From positions 1,693 through 49,583 of the forward strand of contig NW_014040294.1 of the NCBI RefSeq assembly GCF_001186125.1: DNA of 47,891 bases, given 5' to 3'. Source of the DNA: Sphaeroforma arctica JP610 (Eukaryota). Numbering within the stretch: position 1 is the first letter of the stretch; every line of letters starts with the position of its first letter. The position numbers were made by a program, and so were the translations under genes. Of this stretch, positions 35,909-47,891 are shown piece after piece. Below the pieces are notes generated by a model. That model saw only the letters and a program-made list of their open reading frames with translations, searched no databases and was not told the DNA's origin.

Positions 35909-38481
35909 TTAGGTTAATAAAAATATGAGATTATTCAGATGGATATTCATACCCGTAAACGAGGCTTTTCTCTTGTTGTCGTGCACGTTTCCACTCAAAA
36001 AGAATATGCTTTCCGACTTGCAAGATGTTGGCAGCACACTGAAAGAGATCAGTGTGACCATGTATAGAATGGAAAATTGTTCTTTCATGGTATGCCAATA
36101 TTCAACGGCTCGCACACTCGGATGTACTCACTTCGATACAGATTTGGTTGCCAAATCTCTACCCACGTGCACAATCACATCCTCAGGCTCAAGACACGGC
36201 AAAGCCTCCCAGGCGCTGAGCTCACGCCTAACCTTGACCTGGAATGCAGCAGTACTAGACTCAAGATGCGACGATCCTTCGTGCAGGCTCATCGCCACCT
36301 GCTGCTTCTTTTGCAGACGTCGCCTCTTTTTGCTCAAAAGGGATAATTTGTTGAAATCGACGAGTATTGCGCTATCACATGGATCTTCCGCTGTTCGTTT
36401 CGCGCTGCTATTAATCTGCACCGGTGTACATGGCTCGGTCGACACGCTTGATCCCGTAGACGATGTGTCTGTCGCCGCCGCCTTCGTTGCGAGGTGTTTC
36501 TCCAGACTTTGGTCGCCTCATGTACCACTACACACCTTTCGGTGATCTCATGTTTGATCTCAATAAAGATTTTGACTCTATTCTCTACTGTGAAATTCAG
36601 GATTTCTAAATTTTTATGGAGTGGATGCAAAAAGTATTTAACCAAGAATTCCATGTTTGGTTTTTGTGGGAAATAATGTGCCAAATTCTCCCGAAGCCTG
36701 ATACGATATGCCCGAATTTCGCTTCTTAATTCGTCCTCGCTGTGGAATTCATACACCGGGTCTGGTCCTGACTTCTTGGCAACTTCTATTTCGACATCGT
36801 CGCCCAAGAGCGTCTTGCAGTTTAGTACATGTTCACATGAATCGGCAAGGCTATCTTCAGCAGACTGTATGTTAATCTGACATTGCATCAAGGGTCGAGT
36901 ACTAGCGAGGAATTCTCTCCGCATCTGTTTTATCTGTCTGGTTGGCTTAAATTTATCTCTGCGTGCTTGCCCATCCTTGTCGGCTCATAGACCATACTCG
37001 CCAACTATCTCAGTTGGGTCTTCGAGTAGAAACTGTATCGCAGGGCAATTATAGTCATCAGTCTTCACCATGACATAAAGCCCAGACCACCGTACACCGC
37101 CATTGACCACCGCACGCTTGATCTTATCGTACATCAGAGCTTCTTGTGCAGTTATCATCTAGTCCGCCCCCTTGGTTCTTCTATTCACATAAGCTGATCT
37201 TTTAGCACAGAAGTTTAGCATGTTATATACTGGCTTGCTATCATATGCGGGCTCGTTGACCTTATACATGACTTCTTCTGCATCCACGTTTAGAAGCGTC
37301 TCCAGAACTTGAATTTGCTTTTTTAGTTTTGCCGTATGTAGACCTTCCTTATGATCGTTAAACACTTTGTGCATCTTGTCTGTGGTGGTTATAAGAATCC
37401 CGTCAATATCTTTCTTCAGTACCAATGCTACCCTATGTGCTAAGCAGCCCACAACAACACTCGCGCATTTCTTTATAGCATTTTGTACGTTCGATGCATT
37501 ATCTGGCGTAGCGCTATGAATGATGTCCTTCATTTCCAATAGTACATCGTCTTTACCAACTCGGAATGCTGTGTTATCTATCGGCTGCAAGAATCCCCAC
37601 TCCTTCAAGATTTCATGCTGCCACTTAGCTAAATGTTTGCCAGTGTATCTTCCTACGATCTCCTTCAAATCCAGAAATACAGACATTCTGATCTTATCTT
37701 CGCCTTTTCCTTTGTTAGGAGTAGTCCAGTGTATAATAGAGCCTAGAGAATTAACCCCCGTCGCATCCTTCCAAACGTCATTTTCTAGTGCCGCAAATGG
37801 TACACGATAAAAGCTAACGGCCTCCCTCCAATGCGACAAAGCGTTCCTCTTAATGGCCTTCTCGAGAATTGGCAAATATTTTTTAATAGTATTCGGTCCT
37901 GCTGGATAGTACTGCGATTGGATATTGGTTGGCACTTCTACTGCTGCATTTAACCATGCCCCGAGTTCTAGCTTTTTGCTCAATTCAAAAGGTAGATCAT
38001 TCTTGGATACGCAGTGCACCCAAAGTAAATCAGCCAGTCTTTTGGAAGTTTTGAACCTTAGTTGAGGCTGTTTACTAGCCGTTCCAAAATCTACTATACT
38101 CTGTTGCTGTCCGTTTTTAGCTTGCTTTTCGTGTATTTTCGATACTCCTTTGCTAAGGTCGTCGTACCATTGCATTGTGTGCCTTTTCTCGTAGTGTGAT
38201 ACGGCATTACTGGCGCATCTGCGATTTCAAAGGTATACTTTGTCGTTGCCACAATATTTGCAATAGGCTTTATTGCAATCGTCCTCTAAAAGTCTGAACT
38301 TTGTGGCAGAAAAAAACCCCAAAACCCTAAAACAATCATACTGTGAAGTGCTATCGACGTTAATAGATTGTTTGCCATTGAGTGCTGATTTATTGACACT
38401 TGATTGCGTGCTCCCCGGTCTCCTGGTGACCTTTTCAGATGGGGTGTTGATGGCAGTCTCGGTGTCACTGTTTTCTGTCAT
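35909..38481 (-). pseudogene. hAT-superfamily transposase with a BED zinc finger, inactivated by stops and frameshifts
   Basis: BED: AYCKYC...SNAVSHYEKRH. Catalytic/core motifs: LENDVWKD, TPDNASNV, GCLAHRVAL, VRWSGLYVM, FLHP. C-terminal dimerisation region EYWHTMKEQFSILY...PTSCKSESIF. TIRs not identified. Confidence 0.88.
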
Positions 38482-38853
38482 TCTGATCTACAATTCGACT
38501 GACACACCAACACTGATGCCACAACAATTAGAATGAATGTATCACTATAGTATCATACAGTAAATAGATAAGTCTAAAAGCCGTGAGCCGTCGGTGTCAG
38601 AGACTCAGAGTGTCAGACCCGTGACTCCCATCATCACTACTCACACTACAGCCAGAAGGCCACGCGGAAACTTAGTAAGAATACCGTTTCTTAAAATTTC
38701 TTAAGATGCCGGTATGTATATTTCTTATTATGTGGACTATGCACTATATTTCTTATTTCATAATTAAGAACTGGAAATAATCTTAGAGCCCCCAAAATAG
38801 CTGAATATTTCTTAATTCCTAGTTCCCAAATTCGTTTCCTATCCGTAGTTTTA

Positions 38854-38920
38854 AATCCCTCAAAACCAGGTAGTTCTCAATCCCTCAAAACCAGGTAGTT
38901 CTCAATCCCTCAAAACCAGG
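38854..38920. repeat. 25-bp tandem repeat upstream of the hAT transposase
   Basis: AATCCCTCAAAACCAGGTAGTTCTC in about 2.7 copies. Confidence 0.85.
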
Positions 38921-39269
38921 AACAGGCCTTCTTACTATTCCTTACAAAAATTAAGGCAAATCTCTCTGTTATTTCTTTGCTTAAAAAAAATGACATGGTA
39001 GCTCAGTAGTTCATTTGAGTATGTCTCTTGTCTTCGACGTCTTCAAATTACCTCTACATTCATTTTGTAAATATTTATCACCGATACCAATATCTGAACC
39101 GAAATATTTAAATGTATCATTTACATCTAACATACTCGCATCTGTGATTTGTGCTTTTTGTATCTATGATAACATGATATAAAGTCAACGAGTTTTACCC
39201 CTACAATCAAATCCGTCTCTGATACTTGAAAGTCCCCTTTTTTATCTTGTTAAGTTTTTAAAAACTTGA

Positions 39270-39345
39270 TTAAACCCTACTAAACCCTAAACCCTAAAAC
39301 CCTAAACCCTAAACCTTTAAAACTAAACCCTAAAACCCTAAACCC
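39270..39345. repeat. Interstitial telomere-like (CCCTAAA)n tract
   Basis: TAAACCCTAAACCCTAAAACCCTAAACCCTAAACC... Confidence 0.85.
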
Positions 39346-40769
39346 ATCTTTCTCCCTTCCGAGAAAGGAATTGAAACTACGTATTGCTCCTTCTTTTGTT
39401 ATTATTTTTGTTCGGATTTCGTTGATTTTTTTTGGTTTTGTTGGGATAATAGAAACTTTTATTTCTATAATTAACAAACTTTAAAGGGGTTTGACCATTT
39501 CATAATTAAATACACACACACCATACTATGGTAATACAGATTGTTCAGTGGTGGCGGTGAAGGGGACGATGGCGCATATGTGGAGGTGGACTACACAGCA
39601 GAACAAGAAGGTATGGCATTAAGCGATAGTCGTGGCTGCTGTGGTGGAAAGTCGTTGTTGTTCTGTATTGTTTTTTTGTTTTTTGCGCGTAATGTGGAAA
39701 GGAAACAGAACATATGGAGGCGAACTACAAGTGCTAAATAGCTTATTTTTACGGATTGACTATATATCCCAAGTATACAGTAACTGCAATATTGATTTAT
39801 TGAAATGATATAGTGTTGTGGCAAAGCGATTGTAGTGCTGGATGTTCGGAACAAGTTAGTCCGCCAAAACAGATTCCTGTATAAGCAGTGGGGCTCCAAC
39901 AATGTATGTAGTTCAGAGATATCCTTATAACGTGAAAGAATGTCCACTAAATTGAACACAATCAGATATACTTGATATAAAGATGTGATATTTGTTCTTT
40001 TTCAAAAATTATGCGACAACTTCCCAGCAGCATTTTTTTATTTTCGAATGACAATGTTCTCGTTATAATTTTGCGCTGTGCATATCAGCTGACATAGTTT
40101 CAACTGACCTTCTATATACCGTTCGAGAACCGAAATCTCGTTGGGGCATTCTGAGCTGGACGCAGGGGTTCGAGAGACATGCTCGGGTGGACGTATAAAT
40201 CCAAAGCGATTGGTCTTTTGATAAGTCCAAAGAAAGTCGACTGTTGATAAACGCCATGCGGCACGTGTTTGTACCCTGCAAAATGAGCGTGTCTGCTACG
40301 ACACATCTTGTAAATGTCACAGATGCATACATACGACACATCTCCTAGTGTAAGCAATGGGAAACAGCGTCTCAGAACTACTAGCAGTCTCTGTAGTAGT
40401 GCGTGGGGGCGACGAGGTCTGGTCGCCCAACAGCATGAGCAAGCAGCGTTGTATTGTATGCTTCTCCAATCTTACTAATCTATTCGCAATTTCATACTAG
40501 ATGTACGGTTTAGAAATATCCACTACAGATGACTCATACATTGCGACCTTCCCATTTCAATCTCAACATCCAAGGTACTCAGCTCGTGTATGCGGTGTAG
40601 GTAGCTAATCTGTGCCATATACAGTAAATAGACTCGACAGAGGTAATATCCTGATAACATGGGGTGAAGAAGTACAATACTCACGACGGTTTCAAACGCT
40701 AGCGTTCAGCAACATCTTGCTTTAATTTAATTATCTTAATGCGCCTACACTGTCCCTCTCGCGCTGAGC

Positions 40770-43700
40770 TCAGAACTTCTCTAGTCGACACGCGGGGGCA
40801 TTGTAAACCATCTGCATGTCCACTTTATGGCCAAAGAGGTCCCGGATATTATTTAGTCCTAGCTTAATCATGGTGGGTCGTTCCAGAGACAGTCCGAATC
40901 CTAGAACCGCCACACCCTTGGGTAAGCCCATGGGCTCTAACATCTCGGGCCGGAACATACCTGTTATAAAATAAAACGCGTATATAAATGAAACGAATGG
41001 TGTGTGTGTGTGTGTGGGGGGGAAATAATATCGTCAGTTTGTTACGCGTAAATGTTAACCTACAGATAGATAGATACTCGACCGTAAACACACACCTGGC
41101 CTACGAAAGGCACATGTATGCGAGACATGCGTTACTGATGTGGATAAGCTAATACAACGCAAATGCGCAGAGGTCCACTGCTGCAGGCACTGACTGTGTT
41201 CCGTGTGCGTGACGGGTTCTACTTATCATATCTCTACGTTTGTTCATAGACACGGCTCAAAATATTATGACTCAGCAGCAACCACTCACCACTGCTGCCA
41301 ATCTCAATGCACACCCATACAGATACAGATACAGACACAGACACAGGCATATATATATATATATATACATATAAATGTAAACAAATATACAAATATATGT
41401 AGATATAAATGTATACAAATATACAGATACATATTGATATACATATACATACATACATATATATATGAGTGTGTTCGCGTATTTACCATTGGATAGAGAT
41501 GTAGATCCACGCATACTTACCGCTGTTACCAATCTCAATCCATTTCTTCATGCCCTCGTGGTAACCGAAGATCTCCATGGATGGTTCAGTGTACGGGTTG
41601 TAGGCTGGCTTGAAACGCAGCTTGTCCATACCCAACGCCTTGGCAAAGAACTGATTAAGGAAACCTACGAGACCACCCAGTGAAATGTCCTCCCCTGCAA
41701 GTACACCCTCGATCTATAAATAGAACACCGGTAGGTATATCATCAGTATGGTTGCAGATGGAAACAAGGGATATCCTGGTAGGTATATCATCATTCCAGT
41801 TGCAGACATATACAAAGGACTGCAGTGGTGTTGGTCGCATTGATAGTAGAATCAAACAGTATGAACCCTACAGGAATAACAGAGCGTGTGTATTCCTTTC
41901 TGCAGAGTTGACATTCCACGTACATGTTTGTGTTCGAAATTCCTTTTACTTTTGTATGCCGTTCACAGTTGTAAGCACTCACCTGATGAAACTCGGCCAA
42001 ATGTGTCGCGTCCAGCGTTTCGTTTCGGAACACGCGGTCGATACTGAACATTCTGCTGGGCTTAAACCCGTCGTCAGCCAATTTCTGCAGATAACAACGG
42101 GAAACCACGCATGAATTTATGTGTATGAGAAAGTAGGCCAAATTTACACCACCAAATTTTAAAACAACCTCAGTAAACACACGCACACACAGACACAGAC
42201 ACACACATATACATACCTTCAGCATTCGCGCACTAACAGCCGTTGTGTGTGTGCGCATGATGTTCTTCCTGGCCTCTTCTGTGGTCCAGGGTGTGCGATA
42301 GCCCTGAGAGCCAGTCGCACCTCCGTCTTCATGTGTGGCTTTGACCGTGGCCATGTAGTCGTCGGGGATGGTTGCACAGTTGGCAGGATCTGAAACGAAG
42401 GTGCAAGGCAGAATAAATGAGACATATGTGTGGATATATATATATATATCGATTGAGATCGTTGCACAGTTGGCAGGATCTGAAACGAAGGTGCAAGGCA
42501 GAATAAATGAGACATATGTGTGGATATATATATATATCGATTGAGATCGTTGCACAGTTGGCAGGTTCTGCTACGAAAGGTACATGCCAGGATGACTAAG
42601 ACAGGTATATACATACATATATATATATACGTATAATAGAGTGTGCATACAGTATATCTGCGAAAAACGCTTTCACGAAAATAACGAAAATATATACTAC
42701 TATAATTATCACAGTACCACATGACACTGTGCACAAACCCAGCAGACTGATAGGAATAAAGACACGTGGTTTAAGGTTCAGGGGTTTAGGTTATACAGAC
42801 ATACATACACCTTTACATGACATATACAGTCATGTCCACCTATGCACATGAGTGTATAATTAAAATGAATACACGCAGAGCTATACTCCACTACACCACA
42901 GGGAGGTAGGTATTTGTACCTGGAGTGAATACAAGTAGGTATATACTTGACGTTGCTCAGCAACTACGCCGTGGCCTGACCCTGCGCGAGCGAAGCTATG
43001 AGAGAGAAACAAACTCATTCTAGGCTAAGGAGGATACTGCAAACACATGAGGAAATAAACGCACTCTTGTATGTCTACGTATGTGTGTACGATATATACA
43101 CTTACATGAAATAACAAGCCTAGATATTTTCGTATGTAAATGTCACCGTCGATGACAAAGGTGTCACCACATACTCACCTTTGATGAGGGTGTGTGATAG
43201 ATATACATAATTTCAGATCTAGATGCCGTCGTATGCATATATCATCGTTGATGAAAAAGGCGATTCCAAATAAATATACATATATTAGCGTATGTAAAAC
43301 ATACACTTCTTGTAACAACTGACTTGCATGCCTGCGTATGTATATGTCACCGTTGAAAGAGAAAGTGTGTACCAGTATATATGCATATATAAGTACAGAC
43401 ATGTATGTCTTGGTGTGTATGTGTGTGTACATACTGACCTTTGATGAACAAGATATGCATATACGAGAACAGACATGTATGTCTTAGTGTGTGTGTATGT
43501 GCACATACTGACCTTTGATGAACAAGATATGCATATATGAGAACAGACATGTATGTCTTAGTGTGTGTGTGTGTGCACATACTGACCTTTGATGAAGAAG
43601 GTGTCGTGCGCGTCTCTGGCGGGATGTGCTTGTGGCTGGAAAAGCGCGTCGAAGTTCCAGAAGGATGACTGTGTCCCCAGATACCAGCAAGTCAGAAAAA

Positions 43701-46652
43701 AAAAACTCAGTTTACATCATGTAGGATACATGGGTACGAAACAAAGAACGCGCCAATCAGGTCCGAGCAGAATATAGGCGTAGAGGTTTTTAAAACTGTG
43801 ACAACAGAGACTCTCATACGTTACTAGCTCACATGTATTTGCTAACTCAGATGTCGTCTCTGACTATGGTGGCCACATAGGAAGTGCACAAATGGGCACA
43901 CAAACAGACACATACGTATTCTATACATACACACACATATCACATATGTAGTCACATTTTGACGTACACATTCATACTACGACATGTACCTACACACATA
44001 CCATTATATATAGGAATCAAAATATAACCACATACACACATACTATTATTTATAGGAATCAAAATATAACCACATACACACCTCAACATAGTTGTTTGTA
44101 GGCATTTCGGAGAAGCCCATCTCCAGAAAGATGTTGCGGAACTCTGTGCGCACTTTCAGCAACGGATGTAAATGGCCACAGGCCAAGGGCGCCCCTTTAG
44201 CCTGGAAGTTATACGGCTTAAGCTCTTTGTTCCTCCATTCACCACTGTTCATGGATATGACATGCGTATGTGATACATACGATGCTAATATATCATATGT
44301 TTATAGAACAGATCTGAATATCTATGTATCTATATATATATATCTATATATATTACATACATACATACATATATATACATACAAGGATACAAACATACAT
44401 ATACACATAAACATGAATATAAACATAAACAATATATATATATACGCATGTATACATGATTACATACACACTTGCAGATGTGTCTATAGTGAGTGTCTGT
44501 GCGTTAGTGCCTACCTGGCAATCATTTCGGGGGTGAGCTTCGTTTCGTACACTTTGATTTCTGCACTGAAGTTCTCTCCTTTGCTCACGAACTGTTCTTT
44601 CAGAGTTCTGTTACAATGTAGGTAGGCGAGCTCGAATAAGTATGACTCATACGGAAGGATTTGCGACAGAGCGTGCCGACAGAGTTGTCGTAAAATGCAT
44701 GCGATGGAAAAGTTTGATATTGACCACGGGTTAATTACGGGCTAAACTAATTCTCAAACAACTTAATATCATTAACATATCACTAACCAACATTACACTC
44801 AGCTATCAATAGACTATTTCATGTCAATACCATGTCACTGAATTTGTTACCGTTGAACAGTCTTAAACTCAGTTATCGGCGATTTAGTAAGAAGAACAGA
44901 CATACTAAGAATATACACACGCACTACAGACATACATAAAATCTCGCACACACATGCATACACACGTGTATATCTCACACATGTATCTTTTACACACACA
45001 CACATATATATATTTACATGTATATACTCTCCACACACACACGCATGCATACACATGTATATCTCACACATGTATCACACACACACACACACATATATAC
45101 TCTCCCCACACACATACACAGTCCGGACGGCCTTGCGCTTCTTGAGGTCCTTGAGCACAGTCTCTGAGACGCTCTTGCCGTCTCTGATGAGTTTCAGATT
45201 GTGTCGTGTGATGTCTGTTATCGTTGCCACTGCGCGTTTAATAGCTGGCCCACCCTCGGCTTTCTTATCCATCGCCACCCATTTGGCGGCGAGTGCTTTA
45301 TTTATACCTACTTTGTAGTTGGGTCCCATAGCCTGTGGTGTGTGTGTGTAGGTAGGTATGCACGTGTGAGTGTGATTGTCTTTATGGGTGTGTGTAGGTA
45401 TAGGGACGTGATAGCAATGGAGCTATATGCCTATATAACTAACAATACAAGATTTTAAGCCAAGTAGAACCTGCCACCAGCCCGTACATACTCGCTATAT
45501 AAACATATATACACCTCATAGACGCGCACACACATATATATATACGTATACAGATACATACACACACATATATTCATATACACGTACATACCCACAAGTA
45601 TATATATATATACATATACAAATACGCACCCACACATATATGCATATGCCCACATACCCACATTATACCTACCCATACAGTCATTCACACACGTACCTAC
45701 ATACACCCACCCCATCCAACCACACACATATACATACCAGCAGCTCCTTCTGCGGCATGCCTGCGTCCCCCTCGGGAATGGTGTTGTACACAACTGCCTC
45801 GTGACTGCCGTTGTCAGCCATGTACGAGCCCTCTCCAGTCAGATGAGTCTCGGAGTGTGACGTGCTGGATGCTACGATGTAACCTGTTGGAGAGAATAGC
45901 ATACGACACTGTAAAGCTTGAAACTTGATAGATGCGGAAAGGACGTGACTACACAGACTACGTACGATGTTAGGTTGTTAATGGAATATGATAGTAGAAC
46001 TCAAAGATAATGTGCCATTCATACAAACATACATATATACGTTACACATGATACAATACAATACAATACAATACAATATATATGGCGTACATGTGATCGA
46101 TATTGCACAACAGCCTCGTTGATATGAAATATACAAACACTCAGTATTTGATCTGGGCTACATATTAGAATACCTGTACTCTATACGTATTAATACAGGA
46201 TGTAAACGACATCTCACGTCTGCAAGTTCTTATATGCGCAATTGTCAATGCTATATAACGTATATCTTCACAGCCATTGCATGCATAGACGTAGAGCTAC
46301 TACTAAATATTGGGTCCAAAGCAAGCCATACAATCTCAATTTGGGTGCGAGAAGGTTGATAATAAAGTAAAATATGAAGTAAACATCGTGCTGTTGGGAA
46401 ATAGCACAATGTAAGGCTGTAACCCGCCAGGTGGCGTGCTTCTTCACCACTAATGCAATATGAAACACATAAGGTATCGATATGTATATATATACATATA
46501 TATATATTAAAAACCTAAAGTATGTATACAAACGACATGATATAGATACACATACACCACACGCCACCCCTCTTTCCGCTCCCCGACAAATATGAATATA
46601 CTCACAAACACACACACGCACACATTATATATATATACATATATATATATAT

Positions 46653-46687
<35 letters not shown>

Positions 46688-47054
46688 GTATATTTGCATA
46701 CATATACATTTACATACATATATATATATGTATATATATATAAATGATTATATATATATATGCACATTTAGTATAGATAAACACACACACCCACACACAC
46801 ACACATATATATATATATGTAGTATGTATACCTATATGTACAACACAACAATTCTATCAAAAAAAAACACGAGACGCACATGCGATACCAGCACACTCCA
46901 ACATACCCGGGTGCACAGCTCCCATTCGCTTAATTGCGCTCTCGACCACAGTCTGTTCAACGTTCAGTCCTTTTGCAATGTCTGCAACAGCGATGCTGTT
47001 TTCGGTTGATTTGTCCACATAGTGGAGCAGGTCTTGAATAATGGACTCAGACAT
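40770..47054 (-). CDS. FARSA: Cytoplasmic phenylalanine--tRNA ligase alpha subunit, 10 exons
   Basis: Exons 47054-46907, 45883-45738, 45332-45118, 44607-44515, 44244-44082, 43668-43587, 42389-42217, 42084-41983, 41713-41521, 40960-40770. All introns are GT-AG and phase-consistent. Motifs: [103 protein letters not shown]. Confidence 0.96.
42371..42600. repeat. About 90-bp tandem repeat containing a FARSA splice acceptor
   Basis: Units start at 42371, 42461 and 42549 (GTTGCACAGTTGGCAGG...). Confidence 0.9.
43375..43598. repeat. 74-bp tandem repeat containing a FARSA splice donor
   Basis: ATACTGACCTTTGATGAA recurs at 43431, 43505 and 43579. Confidence 0.9.
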
Positions 47055-47166
47055 GGTGTTAGTGGTGTGCTTGTATGCTTGTGGGGGTGACTTGACTTAT
47101 GGGTGTTAGGGCTAGGTATTCCAACACTAGTACCGATGTATATACATATACACAGATATATACATA

Positions 47167-47226
<60 letters not shown>

Positions 47227-47731
47227 CTTATATATATGTATATATATTATGTATTTAGATATATACAATATAGCTGTACCTATAGTACGAGATTGCCGAG
47301 ATAAATTAATAAATAGCAGTCTGTGTGTTGACCACTTCCTGTGAGCCACGATTCGCGTGGGTCAAAAAGTAATGAGCGCATGTCGTAAATAATTGGCTTA
47401 TTTTAAATTGTCAACTCGTTCCACAGAGTATGTAGTTTACGACATGGTATGCGACGGAAAAAGATTGATGTGAATCAATCCTGCTGATGCCAGACGGCTC
47501 CCTTTTATGAATTTACTATCATGATGTTCATATATGTACATACATTTAAATAGCACTTATCGTGTACTGTCGTACACACATCCACAGATACAGACACGCT
47601 TCGCCCAGCAGGACTAATAAGTATACACGTGACAACTCTTTTAGTAGTAAGTACACGCTTTAAGAAGACACTGTTATCATCTCAATCAGTATCAGCCACA
47701 GCAACCCACTTCATCCACTGACTCAGCAGCA

Positions 47732-47828
47732 ATGGGTGCAATAGATGAAGAGCTACTGCGCAACGCAGTAAACTCGTCAGTCCCTGACGACGCAGATATT
47801 GATCCAGACATGCTGGAGTATATTGTTG
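47732..47828 (+). CDS. First exon of a gene divergent from FARSA; the N-terminus loosely resembles ABCF3/GCN20-type or CUEDC2-type helical N-termini
   Basis: ATG at 47732 reads MGAIDEELLRNAVNSSVPDDADIDPDMLEYIV, followed by a G|GTATGA donor. Composition looks coding, but the product assignment is weak. Confidence 0.4.
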
Positions 47829-47891
47829 GTATGATCTCAATATATGTGGTCTGTCATGTATTTGTGCGAGTTGTTGTAAACGTCCCGATGC

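Noticed and set aside
35925..36545. 206-aa plus-strand ORF
   Set aside because: Antisense shadow of the hAT transposase C-terminus.
38990..39270. Possible LINE RT fragment (FKYFGSDI) on the minus strand
   Set aside because: A single short motif in AT-rich sequence is not enough support.
39541..39741. Exon-like segment GGGEGDDGAYVEVDY on the plus strand
   Set aside because: No recognisable family and no neighbouring exons identified.

Overview
Eukaryotic, intron-rich, microsatellite-rich genomic DNA with assembly gaps. It may be a unicellular holozoan or other protist, but the organism cannot be established from the sequence. Two minus-strand host genes flank a ~28 kb transposon cluster: a P1B copper-transporting ATPase (ATP7/CCC2-like, 5' part, ~149-10396) and phenylalanyl-tRNA synthetase alpha (40770-47054). 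The cluster holds three distinct Ty3/Gypsy-type LTR retrotransposons (a plus-strand relic at ~11.1-13.6 kb, a minus-strand element at 13595-21867, and a plus-strand element with both LTRs and a TTGT target duplication at 22701-31776). It also holds a Crypton-like tyrosine-recombinase relic split by the plus-strand element at 22701-31776, a hAT transposase pseudogene, and a possible Fanzor/TnpB-like relic. The main observation is that all three Gypsy elements carry a Dam-like (DIRS/phage-type) amino-DNA-methyltransferase domain inside pol, between RNase H and a DDE integrase (PR-RT-RH-MTase-IN-chromo). All calls are manual motif recognition, with no database searches.
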